NCBI GenBank assembly: GCA_963921275.4
Contig: OZ001293.3
Coordinates: forward strand, 704,001 to 768,000
DNA length: 64,000 nucleotides
Direction: 5' to 3'
Source of the DNA: an uncultured Hormoscilla sp.
GTDB taxonomy: Bacteria > Cyanobacteriota > Cyanobacteriia > Cyanobacteriales > Desertifilaceae
Part shown: piece by piece, positions 55,195-64,000 of the stretch
Numbering within the stretch: the first letter of the stretch is position 1
How the letters are laid out: each line of letters opens with the position of its first letter
Notes under the pieces: generated by a model
What the model was told of the DNA's origin: nothing
The model's database searches: none
The model's input: the letters and a program-made list of their open reading frames with translations, nothing else
Made by a program: the position numbers and the translations under genes

Positions 55195-56106
55195 ATGAAA
55201 GAGAATGCACACTATGAAAATGCCGTTGATATTTTGAGCACGATGTCTATTTTAAAGGAATCCTTTTCTGTTACTGAAATAGAACTTTTCGTAAAGATGA
55301 TGAACTTTCAAAGATACAAAGAAAAGGTTAACATTATGAGTAAAGGTGAGCCAGCTACCTCTCTCATGTGTCTTGTCGCTGGTGAGGCTCGTGTTATTTC
55401 CAGGGGTCATCAATTGGCAATATTACGAGTAGGGGAAATATTTGGAGAATCGATGTTTTCTGACGAAGGCATTCGCACGGCTGATGTAATCGCGAGTGAA
55501 GATGTCTCTGTTATAATCTTTACAGTAGAGGATCATGAAAGGCTAACAAGGATTTCTCCAAGCATCGCTCTAAAGTACAAGATTTTTTTTGAGTCGATTT
55601 ACCAACATAACAAAAATAAAGATAATAAGTTTTTCCATGTCGATTCCACAAAGTATCTTGCCCTCATCGCTCATAACGAAATGAAAAGTAGCTTGGTTGA
55701 GTTTGTGAAACAACACATAAAATTGATTACTAAATTCCCACTTGTGGCCACAGGTACTACGGGACTCCTTCTTTACCAAACAGCAGGTGTGGTACTTTCT
55801 CGAAAAGTAAAGTCTGGACCTTTAGGAGGGGATCAAGCCATTAGAAGTATGATTTCCACAGGTAATATCTGTGGTGTATTTTTCTTTCGTGATCCTCTTT
55901 CTTCACACCCTCATCATGCGGATATTGAAGCGCTATCAAGATTATGTGATGTCTATCAAATTCCGTTGGCCACCAACCATTCTACTGCTGAAGCTGTTTT
56001 ATTATATTTAAACAATACTCCTTCAGAAGGTAAACATACTTTCAATCCAGCATTGACAAAATATAAACAACAGCAGAGTCGTGTAGTTCAAAAACCTGAG
56101 TTCTGA
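55195..56106 (+). CDS. cNMP-binding domain fused to methylglyoxal synthase
   Basis: GEIFGE...RTADV cNMP cassette; LALIAH, ATGTTG, SGPLGGDQ, FFRDP...PH..D, IPLATN. Confidence 0.85.
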   Translation: MKENAHYENAVDILSTMSILKESFSVTEIELFVKMMNFQRYKEKVNIMSKGEPATSLMCLVAGEARVISRGHQLAILRVGEIFGESMFSDEGIRTADVIASEDVSVIIFTVEDHERLTRISPSIALKYKIFFESIYQHNKNKDNKFFHVDSTKYLALIAHNEMKSSLVEFVKQHIKLITKFPLVATGTTGLLLYQTAGVVLSRKVKSGPLGGDQAIRSMISTGNICGVFFFRDPLSSHPHHADIEALSRLCDVYQIPLATNHSTAEAVLLYLNNTPSEGKHTFNPALTKYKQQQSRVVQKPEF

Positions 56107-56139
56107 ATCAGGAATAGCGTAGCTGGTAAAAAAAAGATG

Positions 56140-56180
56140 TTGACATCCTCCCCGGCCTAAAGGCACAGGGATTCCTACCG
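56140..56180. mobile_element. IS200/IS605-type end hairpin remnant
   Basis: tgacatcctccccggcctaaaggcacagggattcc resembles cyanobacterial IS605/IS607 termini; no transposase nearby. Confidence 0.45.
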
Positions 56181-56534
56181 AGCCAAAGCTCCTCGGCGGG
56201 TTGACGTTTCATTGGCTGCTGCGCCCACCCCTTCCAACATTTTCGGGATTCGCCGCCAGGAGCCCCCCCCGTTAGCGTAGCGGCGCGACGCAGGAGCGCT
56301 AGCAATCTCACCGCGCTGTATCCTGGGTAGCGCGAGTAGCGCTCCCAGGATACAGCGAACGACGCCGGAGTGATCTTTATCTCATACGAGGCGGGGGGAT
56401 TGCTAGCCCTCCTGGCGTCGGGCCGCTGCGCTAACGAGGGGGGGTTAACTCGGTTCCGCATAAGTTAATCGCTACGTACCCCCCCCTCGCAATGACAAAT
56501 AAGATGCAAAACCTACAAAGTATTGACCGATGTG

Positions 56535-56734
56535 CTAGCTCATCGTCGTACCACTGCGATCGTAGCTCGCTCGGAAACTGGAATGAGGCTTTCCTTGAAT
56601 GTGGTTCCAATAGTAGCTGCTTCCACCGGTAATCCCACTTCTGCTGCCGATCGACCCAGCATCGATTGCTCCCGATTCTTGACTAGATGATGATGACGCA
56701 TCATTAAGGCCCGAGCAAGTTCAAGAGCAGACAT
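56535..56734 (-). pseudogene. Tandem gifA paralog with a 1-bp deletion
   Basis: 200 nt versus 201 for the intact copy; frame shifts after PVEAA. Confidence 0.8.
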
Positions 56735-56796
56735 TTTCACATCCTCCGAGCGTATAATTGATCTGTGATTAACTGTTGACTATCAAACCGGTTGTT

Positions 56797-56997
56797 CTAG
56801 CTCATCGTCGCACCACTGCGATCGTAGTTTTTCCGGAAAGTAGGATGGGGTTTTCCTTGAATGTGGTTCCAATGGTTAGCTGCTTCCGCTGGTAATCCCG
56901 CTTCCGCTGCCGATCGACCTAGCATCGATTGCTGGCGATTCTTGACTAGATGATGATGACGCATCATTAGGGCCCGCGCTTGTTCTTGAGTAGACAT
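56797..56997 (-). CDS. gifA: Glutamine synthetase inactivating factor IF7
   Basis: MSTQEQARALMMRHH...KNRQQSML.R...QGKP...FR..YDRS. Confidence 0.88.
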   Translation of the reverse strand: MSTQEQARALMMRHHHLVKNRQQSMLGRSAAEAGLPAEAANHWNHIQGKPHPTFRKNYDRSGATMS

Positions 56998-57056
56998 CTG
57001 AGGATCCTCCTTTGCTTTTCAGACCAATGGTTAACTTTCTTTCTCTTACATTTATA

Positions 57057-57087
57057 ACTATAACCAACAAACTGTAGCGAAATTAAC
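57057..57087 (-). promoter_or_regulatory. gifA promoter with an imperfect NtcA site in a repressing position
   Basis: -10 TATAGT at 57057-57062; GTT-N8-TAC at 57074-57087 overlapping the -35 region. Confidence 0.55.
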
Positions 57088-57465
57088 AAAATAGCCCTAC
57101 TTTACAAAAATTTACACAATTTTTCCTTGTGTAACCGGCGAATAACAGCAATAGCACAACCCACCAGTAGTAGGGTGGGCACCGCTCACCAGTAGCTAGA
57201 GCGCCGGTCAATAAACAGGGCTTGGAGTGCAGCATTGAGATCTCGAAGATACCTGCATCTATAACCCGGTTTATCGCTTATAGAACGCCGGTCAAGCGGT
57301 TCGACTTCGCGGTCTCAGAGGATAGAAAAACTGGCGATCGCCCCAACCCGGGCAGGCGAGACGCCCGCCCTACGAACCTGGAAACAAACCTGACGAAGAA
57401 CGGGACTCAGGACTGCCATCCTGTGGTAAGCTCTTGGGAATCAGTAATGGTACAGGAAAAAATAA

Positions 57466-58314
57466 GTGTCAGTTGAGGAGCATTTTCTTAGGGTCGGAGC
57501 CCTGGAATGGTTTTATCGGGAGTCTTTACCAGTTTCTAACAGTGAAAAACCACCGGTGCTGCTGCTACACGGCTTGGTCTCCCAGGGTTACAGCTATCGG
57601 GACATTCTGCCAGTCTTGGCAGAACAGGGGTTTCGGGCGATCGCCCCGGACTGGATCGGTTTCGGTTTCTCTGCTAAACCTGGCAAGCGGGACTTTGCCT
57701 ACACCCCCGATGCTTTCGTAACCGCCTTGGCAGCATTTATAGATGCCTTAGAATGCGATCGCATTTCCCTGGTCGTGCAAGGATTTGTCGGATCTGCCGG
57801 TTTACAATATGCTCTGCGTCACCCTGAGAAGATCGCACGCTTGGCAGTCCTGAATACCCCCCTTTCCACCGAGGCCCAGTTGCCCTGGAAGATCAAACAG
57901 TTAGGGTTGCCCTTGCTGGGAGAGGTATTTACCCAAGACCCCCTGTTGGTCGATCGCACTTTGGAAGGCGGCGGCCCCTACCAGGTAGCAGATAAAGATT
58001 TAGATGTCTATCGCCGTCCCTTTCTCCAAAGTTCGGCAGCCGGACGTGCCCTGTTCATCACTATCCGTAACCTCCGGCTGCAACAGGTGACCGCAGAAAT
58101 AGAGAAGGGCTTTAGCCAATGGCCGCAACCAACCCTGATCGTTTGGGGCACCTCAGACCCCTGGTTACCCTTAACCCAGGCCCAAAGCTTTGCCAGTTCC
58201 CTGGCCAATGGCGAAGTAGTCCCCCTAGAACAGGTAGGACATTATGCTCAAGAGGACTGGCATGAAAAGGTTAGCGAGGTTCTCCTGCCTTTCCTGCGCC
58301 GTCAAGAAACTTAG
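57466..58314 (+). CDS. Alpha/beta hydrolase (haloalkane dehalogenase-like)
   Basis: LLLHG, APDWIGFGFS, WG..DPWL and GHYAQED motifs. Confidence 0.88.
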   Translation: MSVEEHFLRVGALEWFYRESLPVSNSEKPPVLLLHGLVSQGYSYRDILPVLAEQGFRAIAPDWIGFGFSAKPGKRDFAYTPDAFVTALAAFIDALECDRISLVVQGFVGSAGLQYALRHPEKIARLAVLNTPLSTEAQLPWKIKQLGLPLLGEVFTQDPLLVDRTLEGGGPYQVADKDLDVYRRPFLQSSAAGRALFITIRNLRLQQVTAEIEKGFSQWPQPTLIVWGTSDPWLPLTQAQSFASSLANGEVVPLEQVGHYAQEDWHEKVSEVLLPFLRRQET

Positions 58315-58353
58315 CTAGTTAAATCTGATGCCGAATTATGATATATTTCTTTA

Positions 58354-59365
58354 ACTCAAGTTGCGACCTATAAAAATTGGATACAAAAAGCTATGATAAA
58401 GAGAATTATTTTCAACTCTAATCCCTTAGATGTAACAGCATGAATTGACTTGGGAAACAAATTGATGATTCGACTAAAACAGGTTTCAACTTGTTTTCTT
58501 GTTACTTTTTGTATATATTCAAAACAAGAATATTCTTTTCTTTTTGAGTTCTTTTTTCGCAAAGGTTTTAACATTATACTTGACGACTCTTTTAGTAAAT
58601 CCTCTAATTGATAATCATTATAAGCTTTATCTCCATAAACTATTGAATTTGATGGTAAGTCAAAGCCAAAAGATTGCAAAACTTTAACATCATTATAACT
58701 ACCAGTATCTAGATAAAATTCTATTGGCTTTCCATTTTTGTTTACCAACATATGAACTCTTAATCCATAAAAATAACGTTTTTTACTGGCAATATACCCT
58801 CGATATTCTTCCTTGTTATAAATTTGGCATCTATCAATCCTAATATTATCACATACTGGCACCGGGAAACTATCAAGAATATATTCTTGACCCGGATTGA
58901 GCTCTTTAAATGTTTGAGCTATAACTTGGAAGAAAAACATCCAAATTGGTTCGTCAATATTGTGTAATCGACGATTGAACCTACTTTTACTTAACAGATT
59001 TTTTATATACTTGTGTTGGACCATAAATTGACAAGAGCGATCGTGGTGTCCTCCGAAAAAATATGCAGCAACTAATCCGACTGTCATCACTTCGGCATTG
59101 TTCATTTTTACTTGTGGATCTTCTTTTATATTTAACGCTTTTAGTAGCTCGTCACAAAGAACAAAAATTGTTGTAATCATATCTTCCATCATCTACATCC
59201 CCCAGCAATTAACTATTATTTTAGTACATTATAACCTATAAACAGCCAACCCGCCGTCTAGCACAAAAAAAATATAATTTTGTATCAAAAGCTACGAAAT
59301 ATCCCAAATATCTGTAAAGTCTAAGTGGGTAATTCATATTTTTTTTAATAGGTCGCAACTTAGGT
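58354..59365 (-). mobile_element. IS982-family element, second copy (transposase 58368-59192)
   Basis: 1012 bp with the same TIRs; 10-bp TSD tatttcttta; protein differs by one residue (T to I). Confidence 0.93.
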
Positions 59366-59435
59366 TATTTCTTTAACATAATTCCCCCCATGATGGGGCA
59401 GTTTAATTTGTTGAATAGCAAGATTGGATGAAGTT

Positions 59436-59879
59436 ATGTTACGATATCGCTCTTTTCTAGCTTTAGTATTGACACTGGTGACAGTGTTTGTAGTCAGCTG
59501 TGCCACGCCCACTGCCCAGCAGCCCCTATATGACCAGTCCAAGCTAGCCCAAGTTGAAATCTTCCTTCCCAGAATACTTTCCACCCGCGATCGGATGCCA
59601 GAACTAGAGGATCTGATCGAAGAACGGGACTGGGTATTTGTCAGCAACTTTATCCACGGACCCCTGGGAGACTTGCGGCGTCAGATGAAAAGTTTGGCTT
59701 ATAACCTGCTTCCCGCAGATGAAAAAGCAGCTTTAGACGTCGCCGATCGGCTGTTCGATGACTTAGTAGCCATTGACGCAGCCGCCGAAGCAAACAGCTA
59801 TGCCCAAGCAGCGGTTAGTTACAAAGCTGCCATTAAGGATTTTGACAGTTTCTTAGATCTGATTCCCACAAAGGGTTAG
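59436..59879 (+). CDS. psbQ: Photosystem II extrinsic lipoprotein CyanoQ
   Basis: Lipobox VVSC; DW..V.NFIHGPLG.LR motif. Confidence 0.88.
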   Translation: MLRYRSFLALVLTLVTVFVVSCATPTAQQPLYDQSKLAQVEIFLPRILSTRDRMPELEDLIEERDWVFVSNFIHGPLGDLRRQMKSLAYNLLPADEKAALDVADRLFDDLVAIDAAAEANSYAQAAVSYKAAIKDFDSFLDLIPTKG

Positions 59880-59956
59880 TCTCTCTCACCTGACTTTGGT
59901 GACTTCTCTGTTTTTACTCTCGGGTGGGCGATCGCCCACCCGACTATTATAGAATT

Positions 59957-61108
59957 ATGACTCTTGTAATCATCATCGGCTGTGGCGCGATCGGGGCCAT
60001 GACAGCCTATGAACTCAGCCAAGTTCAGGGACTACAAATCACTGTCATTGACAAGCAACCCCCCGCCCAAGCAGCAACAGGTGCGGCCCTCGGGGTGATG
60101 ATGGGCATTATCTCTGGGAAAGTCAAGGGCCGGGCCTGGGAACTGCGCCAAACTAGTATCCGACGCTATGAAACTTTGATTACAGAACTAGAAGAGATTA
60201 CACAGGGCCAGATCCCTTTTAATCGTCAAGGCATTCTCAAGCTTTGCACTGAGTCTGAAGAGTTAGAAAAAGGGCAACAGTTAGCAGAAATTCGTCGGTC
60301 TCAGGGCTGGCAGCTGGAAATTTGGGATGCCGATCGCTTATTATCTCACTGTCGGCATTTGAGCGATCGCTTCTACGGTGCGATCTATTCTCCCCAAGAT
60401 AGACAAGTAGATCCTACTGCTCTCACCCATGCCTTGGTTACCGCAGCCCAAGGCAATGGCGTTACATTTAAGTTTGGTGTTAATGTAGAGGGGTTAGCAA
60501 CATCCGACGGAGGCCGCTGTCTTATTCAGACTAATGCGGGAAATATGAAGTGCGATCGCTTAGTAATTGCAGCTGGGTTGGGGTCCACAGAGTTAACAAA
60601 ATCTTTACAAAAAACTATTGACATTCGCCCAGTATTAGGGCAAGCTGTACAGTTAGGGGGAGTGAGCTTGGGAAATCAGGAGTTTCAGCCCGCTATTACA
60701 GCAGATGATATCCATATCGTCCCCGTGGGCGATTGCGCTGCGCGCACACGGCTACGCCTAAGCGATCGGAATTACTGGGTGGGGGCCACGGTAGAATTTC
60801 CCACAGCTACAGGTGAAATAGCAGCAGACCCGAAGAATTTGCAGATGGTTAAGGAAAAGGCGATCGCCATTTGTCCCGCCCTTGCAGATGGGGCGATCGT
60901 CAAGCAATGGTCGGGTTTACGTCCCCGTCCTTCCGGACGGCCAGCCCCCATTATCGGTCATCTGCCAGGTGATGATAACATATTGCTAGCCACAGGTCAC
61001 TATCGCAATGGCATCTTACTCGCACCCGCCACCGCCCAAGCAATCAGAAAGGCGATCGCGCAGGACGGGCATCTTGCCTGTCACGGGCATCCTGTACAGG
61101 ACTGTTAA
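59957..61108 (+). CDS. FAD-dependent oxidoreductase (glycine oxidase/DAO-like)
   Basis: IIGCGAIG, WSGLRP and GHYRNGILLAPATA motifs. Confidence 0.88.
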   Translation: MTLVIIIGCGAIGAMTAYELSQVQGLQITVIDKQPPAQAATGAALGVMMGIISGKVKGRAWELRQTSIRRYETLITELEEITQGQIPFNRQGILKLCTESEELEKGQQLAEIRRSQGWQLEIWDADRLLSHCRHLSDRFYGAIYSPQDRQVDPTALTHALVTAAQGNGVTFKFGVNVEGLATSDGGRCLIQTNAGNMKCDRLVIAAGLGSTELTKSLQKTIDIRPVLGQAVQLGGVSLGNQEFQPAITADDIHIVPVGDCAARTRLRLSDRNYWVGATVEFPTATGEIAADPKNLQMVKEKAIAICPALADGAIVKQWSGLRPRPSGRPAPIIGHLPGDDNILLATGHYRNGILLAPATAQAIRKAIAQDGHLACHGHPVQDC

Positions 61109-61373
61109 CGAACTTTATCGCTGAGTAGAGATGCAAGAACCGCTAGTGGTTTGGTGGATGTTTGTCCCAGGTTTAATTTAATTGTAGGATTCAGACAATT
61201 TCACTTCTTAAGTCAATTATGGGCGAGGAAGCAGAATATAATTGTTAAAGAGCCAGTGGCCCAGAGTATTCTGTTTCTTTCAGCTAACCCTTAGTATGGA
61301 AGTGGGGATATTGAGATGCATCATAAGTTGGAAGTTTGAATTGCTTAGTAGTTGTAGTGAGTAGAGAGAGAGT

Positions 61374-62084
61374 ATGACGGGAAAATCACAAGAATATCTA
61401 CGTCCGGTCCGAGAGATTATCTCGATTGTAGTAGCATTGACGATTTTGGCGGGCATATTTTTTATCGCCCCGAAATTCGGAACAACAATTCAATTTAAGC
61501 AGGAGATCAATGACGAAATTGCGGGGATAATCGTCGTGCTATCCTTTGTTTCCCTGGCGGTACGCAGCTCCGTCAAAAGCTTTGTTGGTGCTGTCCGCGA
61601 TGTGGGCCAAGAAAGGCTAGAAAAACTGAATAAAAAGAAAGAAATTGACCGCAATTTCATTAAGAATGTCAAGGAAAAGATTGAGGAGAAGATTAAAAAT
61701 AATCAGTTAAGTTCAAATGAAGAATTGGAGTCTCTATTCGATCAGGAATTCGCTCCATTGTTATCAAAAGGAAAGGAATTATATCAGGAGCAAACTGAAA
61801 TAATGGCGGCGCTCAATGAATACGAAGCAAACACGGAACTGATCAGCAATCTGGCAACGATCGTAGCAGGTTTGCTAGTCAGCATGGTAGGGGTGCGAAC
61901 CCTGGGCACTTTTTGCGAGTACGACTCGCTATCGGGCTTGCAACTGCGGTTTTTTGAGGCTGTTGATATTGTGTTGACTGCGGGATTGGTTTTGGGCGGT
62001 AGAGAAGCGATCAATGGGTTGACTGCTATAATTCAAAATGCTACCCCAAACACCACGAGTCAGTCCGCCTCCACGAGCAAGTAG
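61374..62084 (+). CDS. Hypothetical membrane protein
   Basis: 236 aa with four hydrophobic segments flanking a charged helical region. Confidence 0.65.
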   Translation: MTGKSQEYLRPVREIISIVVALTILAGIFFIAPKFGTTIQFKQEINDEIAGIIVVLSFVSLAVRSSVKSFVGAVRDVGQERLEKLNKKKEIDRNFIKNVKEKIEEKIKNNQLSSNEELESLFDQEFAPLLSKGKELYQEQTEIMAALNEYEANTELISNLATIVAGLLVSMVGVRTLGTFCEYDSLSGLQLRFFEAVDIVLTAGLVLGGREAINGLTAIIQNATPNTTSQSASTSK

Positions 62085-62237
62085 CGATCGCTGCTAATTG
62101 TTAATTGCCATGAATGGCAGTGAAATCAAAGATGCCCACCAAACCCGATTTCGCCGAAGAAACCGGGTACGAGACTTTCACAACTGATTGATAATTGCTA
62201 TATTATAAGATCAGATCGCATAACTTGATATTAGCCA

Positions 62238-63242
62238 ATGAAAGTAATTTTCTGCGGAACCCCTGAATTTGCCGTGCCCAGCCTCGATCGCCTGCTGTCC
62301 AATCCCTTCTTTGAAGTTGTGGGCGTAGTTACCCAGCCAGATAAACGGCGGGGACGCGGGAATAAACTAACACCTTCACCAGTAAAAACTGTAGCACTGA
62401 CTCATAACTTACCAGTTTGGCAGCCCCAACGGATCAAAAAAGATGCCGCCACCCTTAGCCAATTGCAACAGGCCCAGGCTGATGTATTCGTAGTGGTAGC
62501 CTACGGGCAAATTCTTTCTAAAAAGATTCTGGACATGCCTCAACTAGGATGCATTAACGTTCACGGTTCTATTTTACCCCAGTATCGGGGGGCTGCACCA
62601 ATTCAGTGGAGTCTATATCATGGTGAGACGGAAACTTGCATTACTACTATACTGATGGATGCAGGCATGGATACAGGTGATATGCTGCTGAAATCCTTTA
62701 CTCCTATTGGGTTACTCGATAATGCCCAGGAATTGGCTCAGACCCTTGCCAGTACGGGGGCTGATTTGTTAGTAGAAACCCTGCTGAAGTGGGAACGTTC
62801 TGAAATTACACCCATTCGGCAAGATGCCTCGGAAGCAACCTATGCGCCACTGATTACCAAAGCAGATTACTTGCTCTCATGGTCCAGAAGCGCGATCGCC
62901 CTGCACAATCAAATTAGAGGATTTTGCCCCAACTCTGTAGCCTCATTTCGCGGTAAATCCTTGAAAATCACTGCCACAGCCCCTCTCGGCGACCAATACT
63001 GGCATCAGCTACCGCCAGAATTGGCCATTTTAGAACAGAATTGGGCCTCACTCTCTGCCAATACTGGGCGTCCTGGAGAAGTAGTGAGCATTGCCAAGCG
63101 GATAGGACCAATTATTCAAACTGGCAAAGGATTATTACTATTGCGGCAAGTCCAGCTGGCGGGTAAACGCGCTCAGTCTGGGTGGGATTTTGCCAATGGT
63201 GTCCGCTTGGCAGTAGGAGAGATATTAGAAAATGGACAGTAA
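62238..63242 (+). CDS. fmt: Methionyl-tRNA formyltransferase
   Basis: [29 protein letters not shown] and MDAGMDTGD motifs. Confidence 0.96.
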   Translation: MKVIFCGTPEFAVPSLDRLLSNPFFEVVGVVTQPDKRRGRGNKLTPSPVKTVALTHNLPVWQPQRIKKDAATLSQLQQAQADVFVVVAYGQILSKKILDMPQLGCINVHGSILPQYRGAAPIQWSLYHGETETCITTILMDAGMDTGDMLLKSFTPIGLLDNAQELAQTLASTGADLLVETLLKWERSEITPIRQDASEATYAPLITKADYLLSWSRSAIALHNQIRGFCPNSVASFRGKSLKITATAPLGDQYWHQLPPELAILEQNWASLSANTGRPGEVVSIAKRIGPIIQTGKGLLLLRQVQLAGKRAQSGWDFANGVRLAVGEILENGQ

Positions 63243-63255
63243 AGTGAACAATAGC

Positions 63256-63645
63256 TCAAACACAAGTAAGGTGGGTCGCGCCCACCGAAGGCAAAGATTT
63301 TTCATAAAAACGACAAGAATCGCATGGTCCCACTGGGTTAACTGCACAGCGCACCAGTTCAGAATGAGCATTGAAGCGACAACTGGCGTCTCCCAGCACC
63401 CAGCGTCCATCGATCAGACTTTTCTCAGCTGGACGTGGTGCGGACTGGACAATAAGGGCAATTTTGTGCAAGCGATAGCGTCCTGACTTCAGCTTGTAGC
63501 GGTGGCGACGTTCTAGGACAGCGTAGGTTTTACCTTTGAGGTCGAGATAGTGACCGGGTTGGGGGTTCCAATCTAGTGTCAGGTTTCCAAGGGTCTGACG
63601 CGGATGCGTCAGAATCACCTCTATGGGTAGAGAATCTGGCTCCAT
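63256..63645 (-). CDS. Conserved cyanobacterial protein (DUF6464-like)
   Basis: ERRHRY...GDASCRFNAHSELVRCAVNP.GPC..C. Confidence 0.7.
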   Translation of the reverse strand: MEPDSLPIEVILTHPRQTLGNLTLDWNPQPGHYLDLKGKTYAVLERRHRYKLKSGRYRLHKIALIVQSAPRPAEKSLIDGRWVLGDASCRFNAHSELVRCAVNPVGPCDSCRFYEKSLPSVGATHLTCV

Positions 63646-64000
63646 AATTAATGTGTTCGGTAATACATAATTATCCAAGATATCGCATCAACGCCGAAAG
63701 CCTGCCACTGTTTAGATTCTCAATAGAATTGTTTTGCACCGACTGCCTCCCGTTTGTAGTAAGCACTTTAGTGCTTCCCCGTTTGTAGTAAGCACTAAAG
63801 TGCTTCCCAGGCGCGATCGCCCCATGCAGTCTGGAGAATCATAGCACAAATTCCTGGCGATACTGCTGCGCAGTCGCTGCGCGAACGGGTGAGTGTGGCC
63901 AATATGACGACCATTACATCGACCAGCTGGAGAGTCGGTCGCTGTAGAACGGATTTTGGAGCGAGGCATATATCTATTATTGTCTAGAAAAATATAGCAT

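Noticed and set aside
63712..63969. 85-aa minus-strand ORF at the window end
   Set aside because: Runs through repeats and has no recognisable motif, so it cannot be supported.

Overview
Cyanobacterial chromosomal window (dense HIP1 GCGATCGC, heptamer and REP-like repeats) showing heavy decay: many nonsense and frameshift pseudogenes, two near-identical IS982 copies and several MITE families. Housekeeping genes include ndhD/ndhF, trx, Z-ISO-like nnrU, rbcR (split by an IS), a Crp regulator, ftsH, thrC, gifA, psbQ and fmt. Accessory blocks are a V4R/globin-like/ferredoxin/Ser-Thr-kinase operon, a wzm/wzt glycan locus with sulfo- and methyltransferases, and a pterin (glycoside) cluster. The most striking signal is a family of group II introns invisible to the ORF track. 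An ORF-less intron (19318-20240) splits what reassembles into a Yfr2-like small RNA exactly in its GUGUG|AGGAG motif. Related ORF-less introns carry different EBS1 loops matched to their own targets: one is nested 19 nt inside an RT-intron 5' end, and two apparently identical 871-nt copies sit in a MITE terminus and antisense in a DHPS-like gene. A 21-nt motif also recurs directly beside three unrelated tandem arrays. All family assignments come from reading motifs by eye; no searches were run.
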